64,000 nucleotides of DNA, from IMG/VR virus record IMGVR_UViG_3300021478_000453, positions 1,449 through 65,448 of that record. One strand, 5' to 3'. Under the pieces are notes generated by a model. The model searched no databases and was not told where the DNA came from. It saw nothing but the letters and a program-made list of their open reading frames with translations. Positions 18,424-28,057 of the stretch are shown in pieces. Every line of letters starts with the position of its first letter. Position 1 is the stretch's first letter. This stretch comes from a virus. Its lineage: Duplodnaviria; Caudoviricetes. The position numbers and the translations under genes are program-made.

Positions 18424-20685
18424 CTAAAGAATGCGTTGAACCGGCCACATTTGCGCGAACTGCTGAGCGACCGGGGTCGCCAGCGGGTGCACCATTGCGC
18501 TCTCGGCGAGCTGCATGCGCTCCAGCTGGAGCTTGTTGCCCTCGATCAGCTCGCGTGAGGAGCGCTCCTCGCGACGATCCTGCAGCTGCAGCATCTCGGT
18601 CATCGCTTTGATGCGCTCGCTCAGGACCTGCAGCTCGGCTTTCTGGGCGCTGTCCTGCGTCTTTTGCTGCAATTCGGCGAGCTTGGTCTGGATGTCGCCC
18701 ATCGCCTTGATGGCTTTGGGATCCTGCTGCTGCCCTTGCTGCGGCGCAAACAGGTCATCGACCGAGCCCATGCCGACCATCGTCGTAATCCTGCGCGCGA
18801 CCGCGTGCAAATCCCACATGGCGGGGTTCATCTGCACCAGCTGCACCAGGGCGACCGCTTTCATCACCCGGATCGTGTGCGACGGCGTGTTCGGATCAGC
18901 CTGCGGCTCCAGCGTGCAATCTTCCAGCGCGCGCTTGATATCCTCCAGCTCCCACTGCGCCGAAGGTGTCGGCACCGCGCACATCAAAGCTTGCGGTTCT
19001 TCCCGGAACAGGTCGCGCAGGAGCGAAAATTCCTCGGCCTGGGCGATGTGCATGCCTTTGTGCACGGAGTCCAAAATTTTGACGGCTTGATCCAACATGG
19101 CCAAGGTGGTTCCCACCGGCACGTCCTGCCGGCCCTCGCCGACCATCAGCTCCGGTGTGCCCCCAACTCGACGGGCCTCATCTTCAATATGTTTGGTCAC
19201 CTGGACCAGGCCGGCGGTGACGTCCTTGTATGGCAGCGGCATCACCATGCCGCGGATATCCTGGCCGCCGGTGTTGACCTTGACGCCGGCGCCGAGGCCC
19301 ACCCGAAACGTCATGGTGTCCTGCCGGGCGACGGTCTCGGAATAAAGGAAGCCCGGCCAGCTGGAGAACCCGGCGCTATCGAGGGCGAGCCGCCATGCCG
19401 TCGTCACCGCGGCGGTGGCATTGCCCATGATGTTGAGCAGGCCGATGCCGTAGAAGCCCAAGCCATCGACGAAGGGATACTTCACGATCGGCATGTGCTT
19501 GAGGTAGCGATCGTCGTCCTCGTCCCAATTCCGGCGAACCTCCATCACCTCCTGGCTGTCTTTATCTATTGAGACACGGTACGGGAGGGGGAGACCTGTG
19601 TAGTGGCCATCTTCCTTGTGTTCGAAGCCGGCGATGTCCAGCTCGCAATAACATTCGTAGACCGTGTGCTTGTAATCCTCCGGGCGTTGCGACCAGGCGG
19701 TCAACCCGGCGACGTCATCGGTCGCCTGCTCGGCGGCGTCCTGCTCGGGCGGCATCGGCGGCGTGAGATCAACCTTCCGATAGCTGCCGGCGAGCTGCAT
19801 GCGCCGCATCACGCTCTGTCGCATCTCGATACGGTGCGTGACGCGACCGCATTCCTGCAGCGACACTTCATTGTCAGAGACGATGATGTCCTCGGCATCG
19901 ACCGAGCGTGAGACCGGCCGGCGCCTGATCGGACAGCGATAGACCTTCTTGAAGCCGCAGCCGCCGAAGCCCTGCATCAAAAACATACGATTGGTGTCGG
20001 GGTAATATTCCTTGTCCGCGACCGTCAGGTAGCGGTTGAGCAAGGTCTGCAGATCCTCGGCGAGGATGTCGTTATCGGCGCCGGTTTCCTCGCGCGGGCG
20101 CTGCATCTGCTTTTCGAGGAATTGCCGCCGCGGTGTCTTGATGGTGGTGGAGCTTGAGACCTTGACCGGCCCACCCGCCGGCAGCATCTCGCCGCGGGCG
20201 TTGGCCTGGAAGCGCAGCACCGCGTCCAGGAGGATGGGGGTGCGAACCGTGGTCTGCCCCTCGACCGCCGTGTCGGCGTCGGCGGAGGGCGAGCGCGGGT
20301 TTTCCACCTTCAGGGCGAGATGCTTGATGCCGGCGGCGCGGCGCTCGATCCATTCGCGCCTGGTCTGGATATCGGCGTCGATGCCGTTGAGGAGATCGTC
20401 GCAAATGCGCGCGAGTTCGCGCTCGTCGATAAATTCGGCGAGGTTGGCGCCGTGCGCCTTGGCGCTCGCGCGGCTCTCTGGCTTGACAAGTTTCCGGCCG
20501 TCGAGGCGGATCAGCAGCGAGCCGTCGGCCTGCTCGATACCGATGCTCTCCGGCGGCGCGTCGGCGTCTTCCTGGATAACGATGGTGAGGGGGCCGCGAT
20601 CGTCGGTCGGGCCGGGCCCCAAGCCCATCACATCGCTTTCGTTGCGATAATGATCCGCGGGCGCGATGCCGTTCCCGTTCGCCAT
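18424..20685 (-). CDS. portal protein
   Basis: 753 aa: PILLDAVLRFQANARGEMLPAGGPVK, GFKKVY, PLPYRVSID, GFYGIGL, PVGTTLA; follows TerL. Confidence 0.9.
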   Translation of the reverse strand: MANGNGIAPADHYRNESDVMGLGPGPTDDRGPLTIVIQEDADAPPESIGIEQADGSLLIRLDGRKLVKPESRASAKAHGANLAEFIDERELARICDDLLNGIDADIQTRREWIERRAAGIKHLALKVENPRSPSADADTAVEGQTTVRTPILLDAVLRFQANARGEMLPAGGPVKVSSSTTIKTPRRQFLEKQMQRPREETGADNDILAEDLQTLLNRYLTVADKEYYPDTNRMFLMQGFGGCGFKKVYRCPIRRRPVSRSVDAEDIIVSDNEVSLQECGRVTHRIEMRQSVMRRMQLAGSYRKVDLTPPMPPEQDAAEQATDDVAGLTAWSQRPEDYKHTVYECYCELDIAGFEHKEDGHYTGLPLPYRVSIDKDSQEVMEVRRNWDEDDDRYLKHMPIVKYPFVDGLGFYGIGLLNIMGNATAAVTTAWRLALDSAGFSSWPGFLYSETVARQDTMTFRVGLGAGVKVNTGGQDIRGMVMPLPYKDVTAGLVQVTKHIEDEARRVGGTPELMVGEGRQDVPVGTTLAMLDQAVKILDSVHKGMHIAQAEEFSLLRDLFREEPQALMCAVPTPSAQWELEDIKRALEDCTLEPQADPNTPSHTIRVMKAVALVQLVQMNPAMWDLHAVARRITTMVGMGSVDDLFAPQQGQQQDPKAIKAMGDIQTKLAELQQKTQDSAQKAELQVLSERIKAMTEMLQLQDRREERSSRELIEGNKLQLERMQLAESAMVHPLATPVAQQFAQMWPVQRIL

Positions 20686-20699
20686 CTATCCAGCCAAAA

Positions 20700-20715
20700 G
20701 GTTTCACGTGAAACC
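20700..20715. promoter_or_regulatory. parS-like perfect palindrome GGTTTCACGTGAAACC
   Basis: The 14-bp core GTTTCACGTGAAAC is identical to the bacterial parS consensus core. Confidence 0.65.
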
Positions 20716-21035
20716 AATCTAGCCGAATGCCTACGATTCGCCAGGGTAGGAGTGAAGTTAGCGACAGGCAGGGCTGCAAGCGAACGCCCGAGTGGTGATG
20801 AAATCCACATCCCAGGGCCGCGGACGCCGGCTACGCCTGCCTCGGTTCCGCCGGTTCATATTCGGGGGAGCATCACTCCCCGTCTATGCGCCCCTTTCGA
20901 GTGCCCTGTCTGCCGCTAACCTCGCTCACATATCCAGGCACGGCGCCCAGAGCAGGCTCCACGCCCAAATGCCATGGTCCTCGTGAAACGTCTGCCCGAT
21001 GCAGATCGAAAACCCGACCTTGATCCTCATGGCGT

Positions 21036-21251
21036 TTAGACACTGACCGTGGCTTTGCGCCGCTTCTTATTTGTCTTCACCAAATGTTGCGCCCCCTCCG
21101 ATCTGGCAAAATCCGCTAATTGCTTGGCCGTTTCAGGATGCTCCATCGCATCGATGAGCTGCGCCGCGATGATCTCGCCGAGCAGGCCCGGGCGATCTGC
21201 CAGGCCGTGTGCCGCGAGCACTTCCATGAGCTTGCTGGGCTTTGCCGTCAT
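21036..21251 (-). CDS. hypothetical protein
   Basis: MTAKPSKLMEVL..., ATGA overlap with the TerL stop. Confidence 0.5.
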   Translation of the reverse strand: MTAKPSKLMEVLAAHGLADRPGLLGEIIAAQLIDAMEHPETAKQLADFARSEGAQHLVKTNKKRRKATVSV

Positions 21252-22933
21252 TGCTGGACCCCCATCGCCGGATAGAGCGGGACCGGCGCGCGCCGGTATT
21301 TGTTCTCCTCGATGTCGTCGAGGTCGTCCTCGTCCGGGAGCTGCGCCAGCCCGAGAAGCCGCATGTGGGCAAGCGCCTGCGCCATCGCATCGGCCAGATC
21401 GTCGTGCGTGCCCTTGGGCATCTCCGCACACTCGGTCATCACCCGATCGGCCCAATCCTTGAACAGATAATCCGTGCCGCTCAGCTCAGCCGGCGCGTAG
21501 ATAAGCCCGCACTCAAAGAGGTTCTGCACCGCGTACATGCGGGCGATCTTGTCGCCCTCCGGGGTGACGAGCTGGACGCCGAAATCGGCACGGTCCTGGG
21601 TTTTCGGGTTCTGCGCCAGGACGTCGGAAATAACTCTTCCTCGACGGCGCAGCTCCTGAGAGACCGGATAGCCTGACGCTTTGTCCTCGATGAGCACCCG
21701 GTCCACTTTGAACTTCTTGCAGGTTTCCTCGATTTTGCGAATGAGTTCATAGAGTTCGAAGCGCTCCGCCCACGCCCACATGAGGATCAATCTACGGTTC
21801 CCCCACATATCGCGGCAGACGCCAAGGACCACCGCGGCCGAGGGATCGTTCTGCTTTTTTTCGGTCTGCGCCGTGTCCAGGCTCAAGACCGTGTAGCTCA
21901 TGATCGGGAACTTGGGCCACGGGACGCCGAACTTGCCGCATTCGTCAGCAGTGTAAGGTCGCCAGTGCTCGCGCTTGATAATTCCACCACCACGAGGGGC
22001 GGGACGCTGCTGATACTGTCCGGCGTAAGCCCAGCTGCCTTTTTCTCTTGCAATATTGCCAACGGCCTCGGGTGAGAATCTTTCAGGCCACGCCAGGTCA
22101 CCATCCTCGGTGCGCGGATCTTTCCATCCCAGGGCATTGAACGGCTCCCGTCCTGCCTCGAACTCCATCGGCACCATCAGGTGCGTGTAGGCCCAGCCCT
22201 GTTCCAGAATGAAGCCGGAGATATCACTTTGATGCACGCGCTGCATGATGATGACGATGGCGCTGTCATCCAGATTATTGAGCCGGTCCGTAATCGTTTC
22301 GCGAAACCAGCGGACCGTATCTGTGCGAACAACGTCCGATTCGCTTTTGTGGACATCGTGCGGATCATCGATGACAACGCGGTCGCCGCGTTCTCCGGTG
22401 CCGATGCCCTTGACCGACGAGGCGAATTTGCTCCCCGTCTTGTCGTTGGTGATCTTGATCTCGCCTTCCTTTTCGAGATTGAACTTCTCACCCCACAGCT
22501 CCTTATACCTGTCGCTCATCACGAGCTTTCTAAACTTCGTGTTGTCTCGCTCGGTCAACCCCGAAGAGTAGGAAAAACTCACGTAGCGCATGTGCGCCAT
22601 GCCCATCGGCCCCCACTCCCAGGCGGGCCAAAAGACGTTGACCATCAATGATTTCATGCTTCCGGGCGGGACGTTGATCAGCACCCGGGTGATCTTGCCC
22701 CAGGTCACCGCCTCCAGATGCTCGCCGATCGCATCGAGAAGCCAGCCCTCGACCAGCTTCGTCTCCGGCTCCAGCACGTTCCAAAAGTAGCGCACGAACG
22801 CGATCAGCCCGCCGGCGCGCGCCTGGTTCTTGCGCTCGCTGCGGATACGCTGCTCGTCCTGCAGCGCCTTGAGCGCGCTCTCCGCCATCTCGTCCGTGAG
22901 CAGCTTGGGATCGAGGACGTCACTCTTCGTCAT
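21248..22933 (-). CDS. terL: terminase large subunit
   Basis: LINVPPGSMKS (Walker A), VVIDDPH (Walker B), IMQRVH, SLDTA and HDDLADA nuclease motifs. Confidence 0.95.
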   Translation of the reverse strand: MTKSDVLDPKLLTDEMAESALKALQDEQRIRSERKNQARAGGLIAFVRYFWNVLEPETKLVEGWLLDAIGEHLEAVTWGKITRVLINVPPGSMKSLMVNVFWPAWEWGPMGMAHMRYVSFSYSSGLTERDNTKFRKLVMSDRYKELWGEKFNLEKEGEIKITNDKTGSKFASSVKGIGTGERGDRVVIDDPHDVHKSESDVVRTDTVRWFRETITDRLNNLDDSAIVIIMQRVHQSDISGFILEQGWAYTHLMVPMEFEAGREPFNALGWKDPRTEDGDLAWPERFSPEAVGNIAREKGSWAYAGQYQQRPAPRGGGIIKREHWRPYTADECGKFGVPWPKFPIMSYTVLSLDTAQTEKKQNDPSAAVVLGVCRDMWGNRRLILMWAWAERFELYELIRKIEETCKKFKVDRVLIEDKASGYPVSQELRRRGRVISDVLAQNPKTQDRADFGVQLVTPEGDKIARMYAVQNLFECGLIYAPAELSGTDYLFKDWADRVMTECAEMPKGTHDDLADAMAQALAHMRLLGLAQLPDEDDLDDIEENKYRRAPVPLYPAMGVQQ

Positions 22934-23231
22934 GCTCTCTCCGCAATCGATCTACGGCATTAGACCAACCCTCGTAGACGCGCAGCACGGCATGTGCCTC
23001 CTTGGGGCTGGCAACCATCCCGAGCGAGATCGGCTCGGCGCCCCAATCGTAGGTCTCGCCGGGCGTGAAGGCAGCAGTGGTAAAGACCGTAGTGAATAGC
23101 TCGAAACGGCCGTCGCCGCTGCGCTCGACATAGCTCCAGGGAAAATCCTTCTCCGCCGGATCATGCCATTCGATGACGCGCACGATCTTGCGCATGAGCA
23201 GGCGCATCTCCAGCTGGTCTTGCCTGGTCAT
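22920..23231 (-). CDS. hypothetical protein
   Basis: ORF upstream of and overlapping the TerL start. Confidence 0.5.
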   Translation of the reverse strand: MTRQDQLEMRLLMRKIVRVIEWHDPAEKDFPWSYVERSGDGRFELFTTVFTTAAFTPGETYDWGAEPISLGMVASPKEAHAVLRVYEGWSNAVDRLRREHDEE

Positions 23232-23388
23232 CACCGGAACTCCTTCCCGCATTGGCAGAACACGCGATAGACGCGAAAGCCGAGGTGGCTGTAGAGCCGC
23301 CAGATACGGCAGCCGTCACGCGGGAAGATGAAACGGACGTGCCACAAGGCTTGGGCGCGCGCCCACAGCATCAGCCGCATTTTCCTAC

Positions 23389-23574
23389 TTAACCCCCCCT
23401 TTTAGGTAGCTGGTTTTTGTGCTGGGCGTCGGCCCGATCGAGCAGCATCATCCGCATCCAGGACGAGAGCGCCAGCCCCCGTTCCGCCGCGCAATGCTTG
23501 AACAACGTCCGCTCCGCCTCGCTCACGCGAAGCATCACACCAATGTCGCGCCGATCGCGCGCTCGCTTGCCCAT
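23389..23574 (-). CDS. ribbon-helix-helix DNA-binding protein
   Basis: VMLRVSEAERTLFKHCAAERGLALSSWMRMMLL; RBS GAGG. Confidence 0.65.
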   Translation of the reverse strand: MGKRARDRRDIGVMLRVSEAERTLFKHCAAERGLALSSWMRMMLLDRADAQHKNQLPKRGG

Positions 23575-23724
23575 CGTCAACCTCGTGCATTTGGTAGGAC
23601 CGAGGCGGAACACGCCGGCTGCGGAAAACCGGCCGGAGGCGCTTACACTCCGTCCCGCCTCGATCCCGCTTGCAAGCTTACAGCAAAATGTAATACAAAC
23701 GCAACATGCCATCGCGGAGGGAAA

Positions 23725-24006
23725 ATGAGCGGAGATTGGGCGGCCCAGAATGAAGCCTTTCAGCTAGAGGCTGTTGTGAAAGAGCGCGACGAGCTGCGCG
23801 CCGAGATCGCGCGGCTCACCGCCGAGAATGCTCGAATGCGGGAGTGGATTGAAAGCACAATCGCGTTTCTGCGCCGCGCCCTGGAACGCCAAGCCAAGGT
23901 GGGCGATGCCGGCCATCTTTCGTCAGGCGCGGGCTCGGGCGCGGGCGATGCCGGCAACGATGGTTCCGGCGATGGGGCACCCTCAAGATTGCAGTGGGAT
24001 TTTTGA
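23725..24006 (+). CDS. hypothetical coiled-coil protein
   Basis: ATG after GGAGGG; ERDELRAEIARL. Confidence 0.5.
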   Translation: MSGDWAAQNEAFQLEAVVKERDELRAEIARLTAENARMREWIESTIAFLRRALERQAKVGDAGHLSSGAGSGAGDAGNDGSGDGAPSRLQWDF

Positions 24007-24010
24007 CATC

Positions 24011-24280
24011 ATGCCGGAACGATTAGGCGACGCACCGATCGAGCCACAGCTCATCGAGATGATGAACACCATCGCCCGCGGGCTCGACCGGATGCTCAAC
24101 GGCGAGAGGCGCGGCAAGGACCGCCAGACCGGCTTCGTGCTGCTGGTCTTCCCCTACGGCGAGAAAGAAGGGCGCTGCAACTACATCTCCAACGGCGCCG
24201 ATCGTCGCGATATCGTTACGATGATGAAGGAGCAGATCAAACGCTTCGAAGGCCAGCCAGACATCACGGGACACGCTTAA
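24011..24280 (+). CDS. conserved phage hypothetical protein
   Basis: GFVLLVFPYG...CNYISNGADRRD. Confidence 0.65.
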   Translation: MPERLGDAPIEPQLIEMMNTIARGLDRMLNGERRGKDRQTGFVLLVFPYGEKEGRCNYISNGADRRDIVTMMKEQIKRFEGQPDITGHA

Positions 24281-24927
24281 TGCGGAAGACCATGATGCCC
24301 AACCATCATCCCGCGGAACTCATCGATATCTACCAGAAGGAATGCGCGGACCTGCGCGAGGAACTCTACAAAAAGATCCACGAGCTGGGCGAGATCAAAA
24401 GCAACGGCGGCCTCGTCGTGCACGCGTTGGATTGTGCCCTCGCCCTCACCGAGCAGCTGTTCATCTTCCTGCCCGAGGGGACGTCGCTGCCGTCGGCCGT
24501 CGCGACCTGCAAGCACAACCTCGATGCCGCCATGACGAAACTCCATCGGCCGCCCGCGCCGCAGCAGTTCGTGGTGGGCGATAACGCTTTGACCGGGCTG
24601 CCCGATCGCCGCGAGGAAACTCTGGTTGATGTGAACCAGATCATCACCGCCGAGGTCGAGCCCGGCGAGGAAACCCAGCGGCTGCGCAGGGCCCTGGTCG
24701 TCGCCGCCGCCAATATCGCGACGCTGAGCGATCAGGCGCACGAGATGGTCCGCGCGCTGAACGCCGCCATCCAGCTGGTCGATGGCGTGATCGGCGAGAT
24801 GGCCGCCAAGGGCGTGCAACCCACCCCCGTGCTCATTGCGCTGCACAATCAATTCACCCGGGAAATGAACACCGTGTTCAAGGTCCCCGGCGTGCAAAAA
24901 CACGCCCAGCGCAAGCTCATCAGCTAA
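24280..24927 (+). CDS. hypothetical protein
   Basis: 215 aa, TAATG coupling. Confidence 0.6.
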   Translation: MRKTMMPNHHPAELIDIYQKECADLREELYKKIHELGEIKSNGGLVVHALDCALALTEQLFIFLPEGTSLPSAVATCKHNLDAAMTKLHRPPAPQQFVVGDNALTGLPDRREETLVDVNQIITAEVEPGEETQRLRRALVVAAANIATLSDQAHEMVRALNAAIQLVDGVIGEMAAKGVQPTPVLIALHNQFTREMNTVFKVPGVQKHAQRKLIS

Positions 24928-25073
24928 TGATCACCGAGCTTCAAGGTCTGGCGATCTTCCTCGCCATCATCCTCGCCGGCACGCTGCTCATGTGGCTGAT
25001 CCTGCCAGAGCGCAATCCTTGTGCCTGGCAAACCGACCGCACCAGCTACGAGAATTGCCTCAATAGTTATTAG
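24927..25073 (+). CDS. small membrane protein (48 aa)
   Basis: Manual translation MITELQGLAIFLAIILAGTLLMWLILPERNPCAWQTDRTSYENCLNSY; TAATG coupling. Confidence 0.5.
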   Translation: MITELQGLAIFLAIILAGTLLMWLILPERNPCAWQTDRTSYENCLNSY

Positions 25074-25780
25074 CGATGCCTGCCACTGTGCGGCGGGGCG
25101 GTGCGCGAACGTGCCGTCGGGCGCGAGGTCGTCACCGAACGATGCGGCTGATCGCCCGCGCCCTCGCCGTCATCGTCCCCGTCGTCGTCATCCTCGGGCA
25201 GCGTCTCATCCTCACCGTTCTCGCCCTCCCCGTCGGGCTTGACAGCTAGCTTGGGCGCCGTCATCGCCGCAACCCCCGTGTCCGTCGCCCCCGGCATCAC
25301 CGTCGCCGTACTCTCAAAGATGCGCTGGTAGGTGCACCAGGCACCGCTCGACCAGGTGAGATTGAAGGTCGCCCCCGTGCCAGCCCCGCTCGAGGAGACC
25401 TGCGCAACCGGATTGGCCGGCGGCGCACCCGCCTGCGAGGCGCCAGCGTTGACGATCGCCGCCGTCGCAACCGCCGTGGTCGATAACGTCAAGACCTTCA
25501 ACACCACGCCGTTCGGCAAGTTGATCAGGTCGTTGACCGCATACCCCGCGCCACCCGCCTGCACCGCAGCCACCGTCACCGATTGCGCGACCCCACCGCC
25601 CTCCGTATAGAGCACGCCAAGCACGGCACTCCCGACCGCCACGCCGCTGAGCACAAACAAGTTGAAGTGCGTTTGATCAACCGTCAGCGTCACAATCGCT
25701 GCCTGCGGTATCGCCGGCCCAGGATTGGCGTAGTACCAAACGATCGAGCCAACTTGCGGCGTCTTGATGCTCTTGGGCAT
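25070..25780 (-). CDS. phage protein with an inserted beta-repeat structural module
   Basis: PQVGSIVWYY...AAIVT...NLFV domain interrupted by GGAGYAVND...GTGATFNLTW; acidic tail. Confidence 0.6.
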   Translation of the reverse strand: MPKSIKTPQVGSIVWYYANPGPAIPQAAIVTLTVDQTHFNLFVLSGVAVGSAVLGVLYTEGGGVAQSVTVAAVQAGGAGYAVNDLINLPNGVVLKVLTLSTTAVATAAIVNAGASQAGAPPANPVAQVSSSGAGTGATFNLTWSSGAWCTYQRIFESTATVMPGATDTGVAAMTAPKLAVKPDGEGENGEDETLPEDDDDGDDDGEGAGDQPHRSVTTSRPTARSRTAPPHSGRHR

Positions 25781-25830
25781 TTTGCTACTCCGGGTGCGAG
25801 GGAAAGCTACGCCGATTCTCTGCCGCGAGC

Positions 25831-26280
25831 TTAACACGCACCGCCCGCGCCTGCCGATCGGGAAGACGCGGGCGTGAGGTTATTTTCTCCTTCCACGTCT
25901 TGATCTGGCACCACCCCCTCTCTCACAGCAAATCCCCCAGCACGCGCCAATCCCGCCCGCATCACCGCATCCCCCGCGTAGCCCTCCAGCAACTCCACCA
26001 TCAGCCCGGGAGAACCAAAACCCAGCACCAGCTTGCGACAATCAAACCGCCGACATACCCAAGGCGCCCGCGCATGAATGGTGCACCCAGCTTCGCCCAA
26101 ATACACACAGCTCCCATCCTCCTTGCGCGCCAACATCAACCTCGTCTGCCCGTCCGACATTAACGTGGGCACCGTCCGGTACGCACCCACATCGTCACCA
26201 TGCTCGGGATAGAGCGGCGCCTTCTGCGTCCGACAACACGCCACACAGCCATTGCACGGGACGACGTTGCGCTCGCCCAC
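25831..26280 (-). CDS. YkgJ-like CxxCxxCC cysteine-cluster protein
   Basis: PCNGCVACC...DGSCVYL...GCTIHARAPWVCRRFDC. Confidence 0.8.
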   Translation of the reverse strand: MGERNVVPCNGCVACCRTQKAPLYPEHGDDVGAYRTVPTLMSDGQTRLMLARKEDGSCVYLGEAGCTIHARAPWVCRRFDCRKLVLGFGSPGLMVELLEGYAGDAVMRAGLARAGGFAVREGVVPDQDVEGENNLTPASSRSAGAGGAC

Positions 26281-26285
26281 GATCT

Positions 26286-26609
26286 TTAATCCAGGTCCAA
26301 CACCCGCCCCTTACGCGTCACGTCCACACCTACCCTCTCCCTTGCCTTGGGGGCGACCGGCGCACCACGTATCCACTCCGCCGGCTCATCCCTCACCATG
26401 TCCAAAAACTGGTTCGGCTGATCAAGCAGCAACCGCTTCACCGCCGCCACCGAGCCAGCATTCTCAAGCTTCTCCCGCGTCACCCGAAAATTCTGCCCCC
26501 CAGGCCCAATCACCAACAATACGTCACACGCATAATCCCAGCGCGCCTCCCACCCGGCAGGCCAATCGGCTACCCCATCCCCCGCTCTCATCGCGCGTAA
26601 CACCGCCAT
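26286..26609 (-). CDS. hypothetical protein ending GRVLDLD
   Basis: ORF with GGAGG RBS upstream of MAVLRAMR. Confidence 0.5.
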   Translation of the reverse strand: MAVLRAMRAGDGVADWPAGWEARWDYACDVLLVIGPGGQNFRVTREKLENAGSVAAVKRLLLDQPNQFLDMVRDEPAEWIRGAPVAPKARERVGVDVTRKGRVLDLD

Positions 26610-26654
26610 CCTTCGCCTCCTGGTCGAAGGAGCTATGCGCGCATGTGGCATAGC

Positions 26655-26860
26655 TCACCCCCGCCGCAGCGCCACCACCCGGTCGCGCAGCTGCATCAAC
26701 CGCCCCATGTCCTGCATAAATTGCGCCTTCGCTGCATCGCTCGGACGCCGGGGAAGCCGCGCAACACCCCGCACCGCAACCTCGTATGCGCGCACAGCTT
26801 GAGATAACTGCCGCTCTAAATCAGATGGTGGGGCCGTGCCTCCGGCGCGAATAACCATCA
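26655..26860 (-). CDS. hypothetical protein (start uncertain)
   Basis: Helical ORF in the minus-strand series. Confidence 0.35.
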
Positions 26861-27126
26861 TCAGCCGTGCCCCTTGCTCGACCTGATCGCTCCCACTGTC
26901 GCCGCCCGCTTCCCTTGGCCGGACCAGACGTGATGGGCAGGCTCCGCAAGGCTTCACTCTACCCCGTTGCAATCCGCAACACAAAATCACGCAAGAACAA
27001 ACACCGTCTGTTCACGGTAAAAACCACCACCGAAAAACACCCGTTTGTTTCCGGAATTGACCTCCCCGCACCTCCCCGTCACCCAAAAGCAACATTGCTT
27101 AGGCGTTGATGCCTGACACCCGCTCC

Positions 27127-27400
27127 CGCGAAACCAGTTTCACGCGGGTTTCACGTGGGTTTCACGCGCCAACCACAGCAATTTTTATGCACAGGCTATG
27201 TTCCCCAATAAGGCCAGGGGGTTAGCGGCCCATGAAATTATCCGTATCCCCATGAAATTATCCCCAAGGGAAATTCACCAGTAAAGCCAGTGGGCTGGGG
27301 GAGAGAGCCGAATTTGGCACGGCGTTTCTGAGAGGGGCCAGGAAAAACTTCTCAGTTCGAGCCGGGCCCTCCCCCCCCCCTCGGGGGCGCCCGGGGCCTG
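27127..27400. repeat. non-coding repeat cluster, putative packaging/terminus region
   Basis: GTTTCACG x3 at 11-bp period (27137, 27148, 27159); CCCATGAAATTATCC x2 (27229, 27249); C10 tract 27371-27380; directly downstream of TerS. Confidence 0.55.
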
Positions 27401-27472
27401 TGCTGCCTGTGCCTGCCTGCGCCGATGCTGTGATGTCTCATCACAAGCTAAATGGCTAAAAGCCCAATGATG

Positions 27473-28000
27473 TCAACGGCTTAATGGCTTGCTATCGTCC
27501 GTGGGTAACGGTGAGGGTAACGCCTTCCGTCGTTGGCGCTTGGCCGGCGTCACATCGATGGTCTTCGCCTCCCGCGCGGCGAGCATGGTCTTTATCGCCT
27601 CGATGGCTTGCTCGATCTGCTCATCGCTCATCCCCTTAACGCCAGCCGAATGGGTAACCTCGAGTTCCCGCGGCACGAGGAGAACCAGCATCTTGAGAAA
27701 CATCGCCGGCTGCGTTCGCATCACCTGATCGATGGCTTTGCGCCCTCCGCGGTCAAAAGCGGCCTGCAATTCCCGCATAGTGGAGAGATTTAGCGCTCGC
27801 CGGGTGCGGCCAGCGTCGGCGCCGGGGTTTCCAGGTAACCCCACCAAACCTCGAATACCGCGGTTCCTGCGCTTCGACCTAGCGCTTTTCGATTGGCTTT
27901 TGGCTGAGATCAGCTGGCCGGCGCTATCGCGTTCTCGCTTGGCGAGGTTAGCCTTAGCCTTAGCGGATGCGATGGCCCGTTGTTCGGGTGTCCATGCCAT
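27473..28000 (-). CDS. terminase small subunit-like protein
   Basis: GNPG...RRAL...ELQAAFDRGGRKAIDQV...PAMFLKMLVLLVPRELEV...MSDEQI...TIDVTP pattern. Confidence 0.6.
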   Translation of the reverse strand: MAWTPEQRAIASAKAKANLAKRERDSAGQLISAKSQSKSARSKRRNRGIRGLVGLPGNPGADAGRTRRALNLSTMRELQAAFDRGGRKAIDQVMRTQPAMFLKMLVLLVPRELEVTHSAGVKGMSDEQIEQAIEAIKTMLAAREAKTIDVTPAKRQRRKALPSPLPTDDSKPLSR

Positions 28001-28057
28001 GGCTGGAAGATGCCCCAAGGGTTAGGGATAAGGCTAGGGCATTCCCTTAGAGATTTG

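Noticed and set aside
24905-24930. Other CTGATGA strings (24917 on the minus strand, 34511, 37767, 46958) as additional hammerheads
   Set aside because: They lie in coding sequence and I found no correctly placed GAAA or stems.
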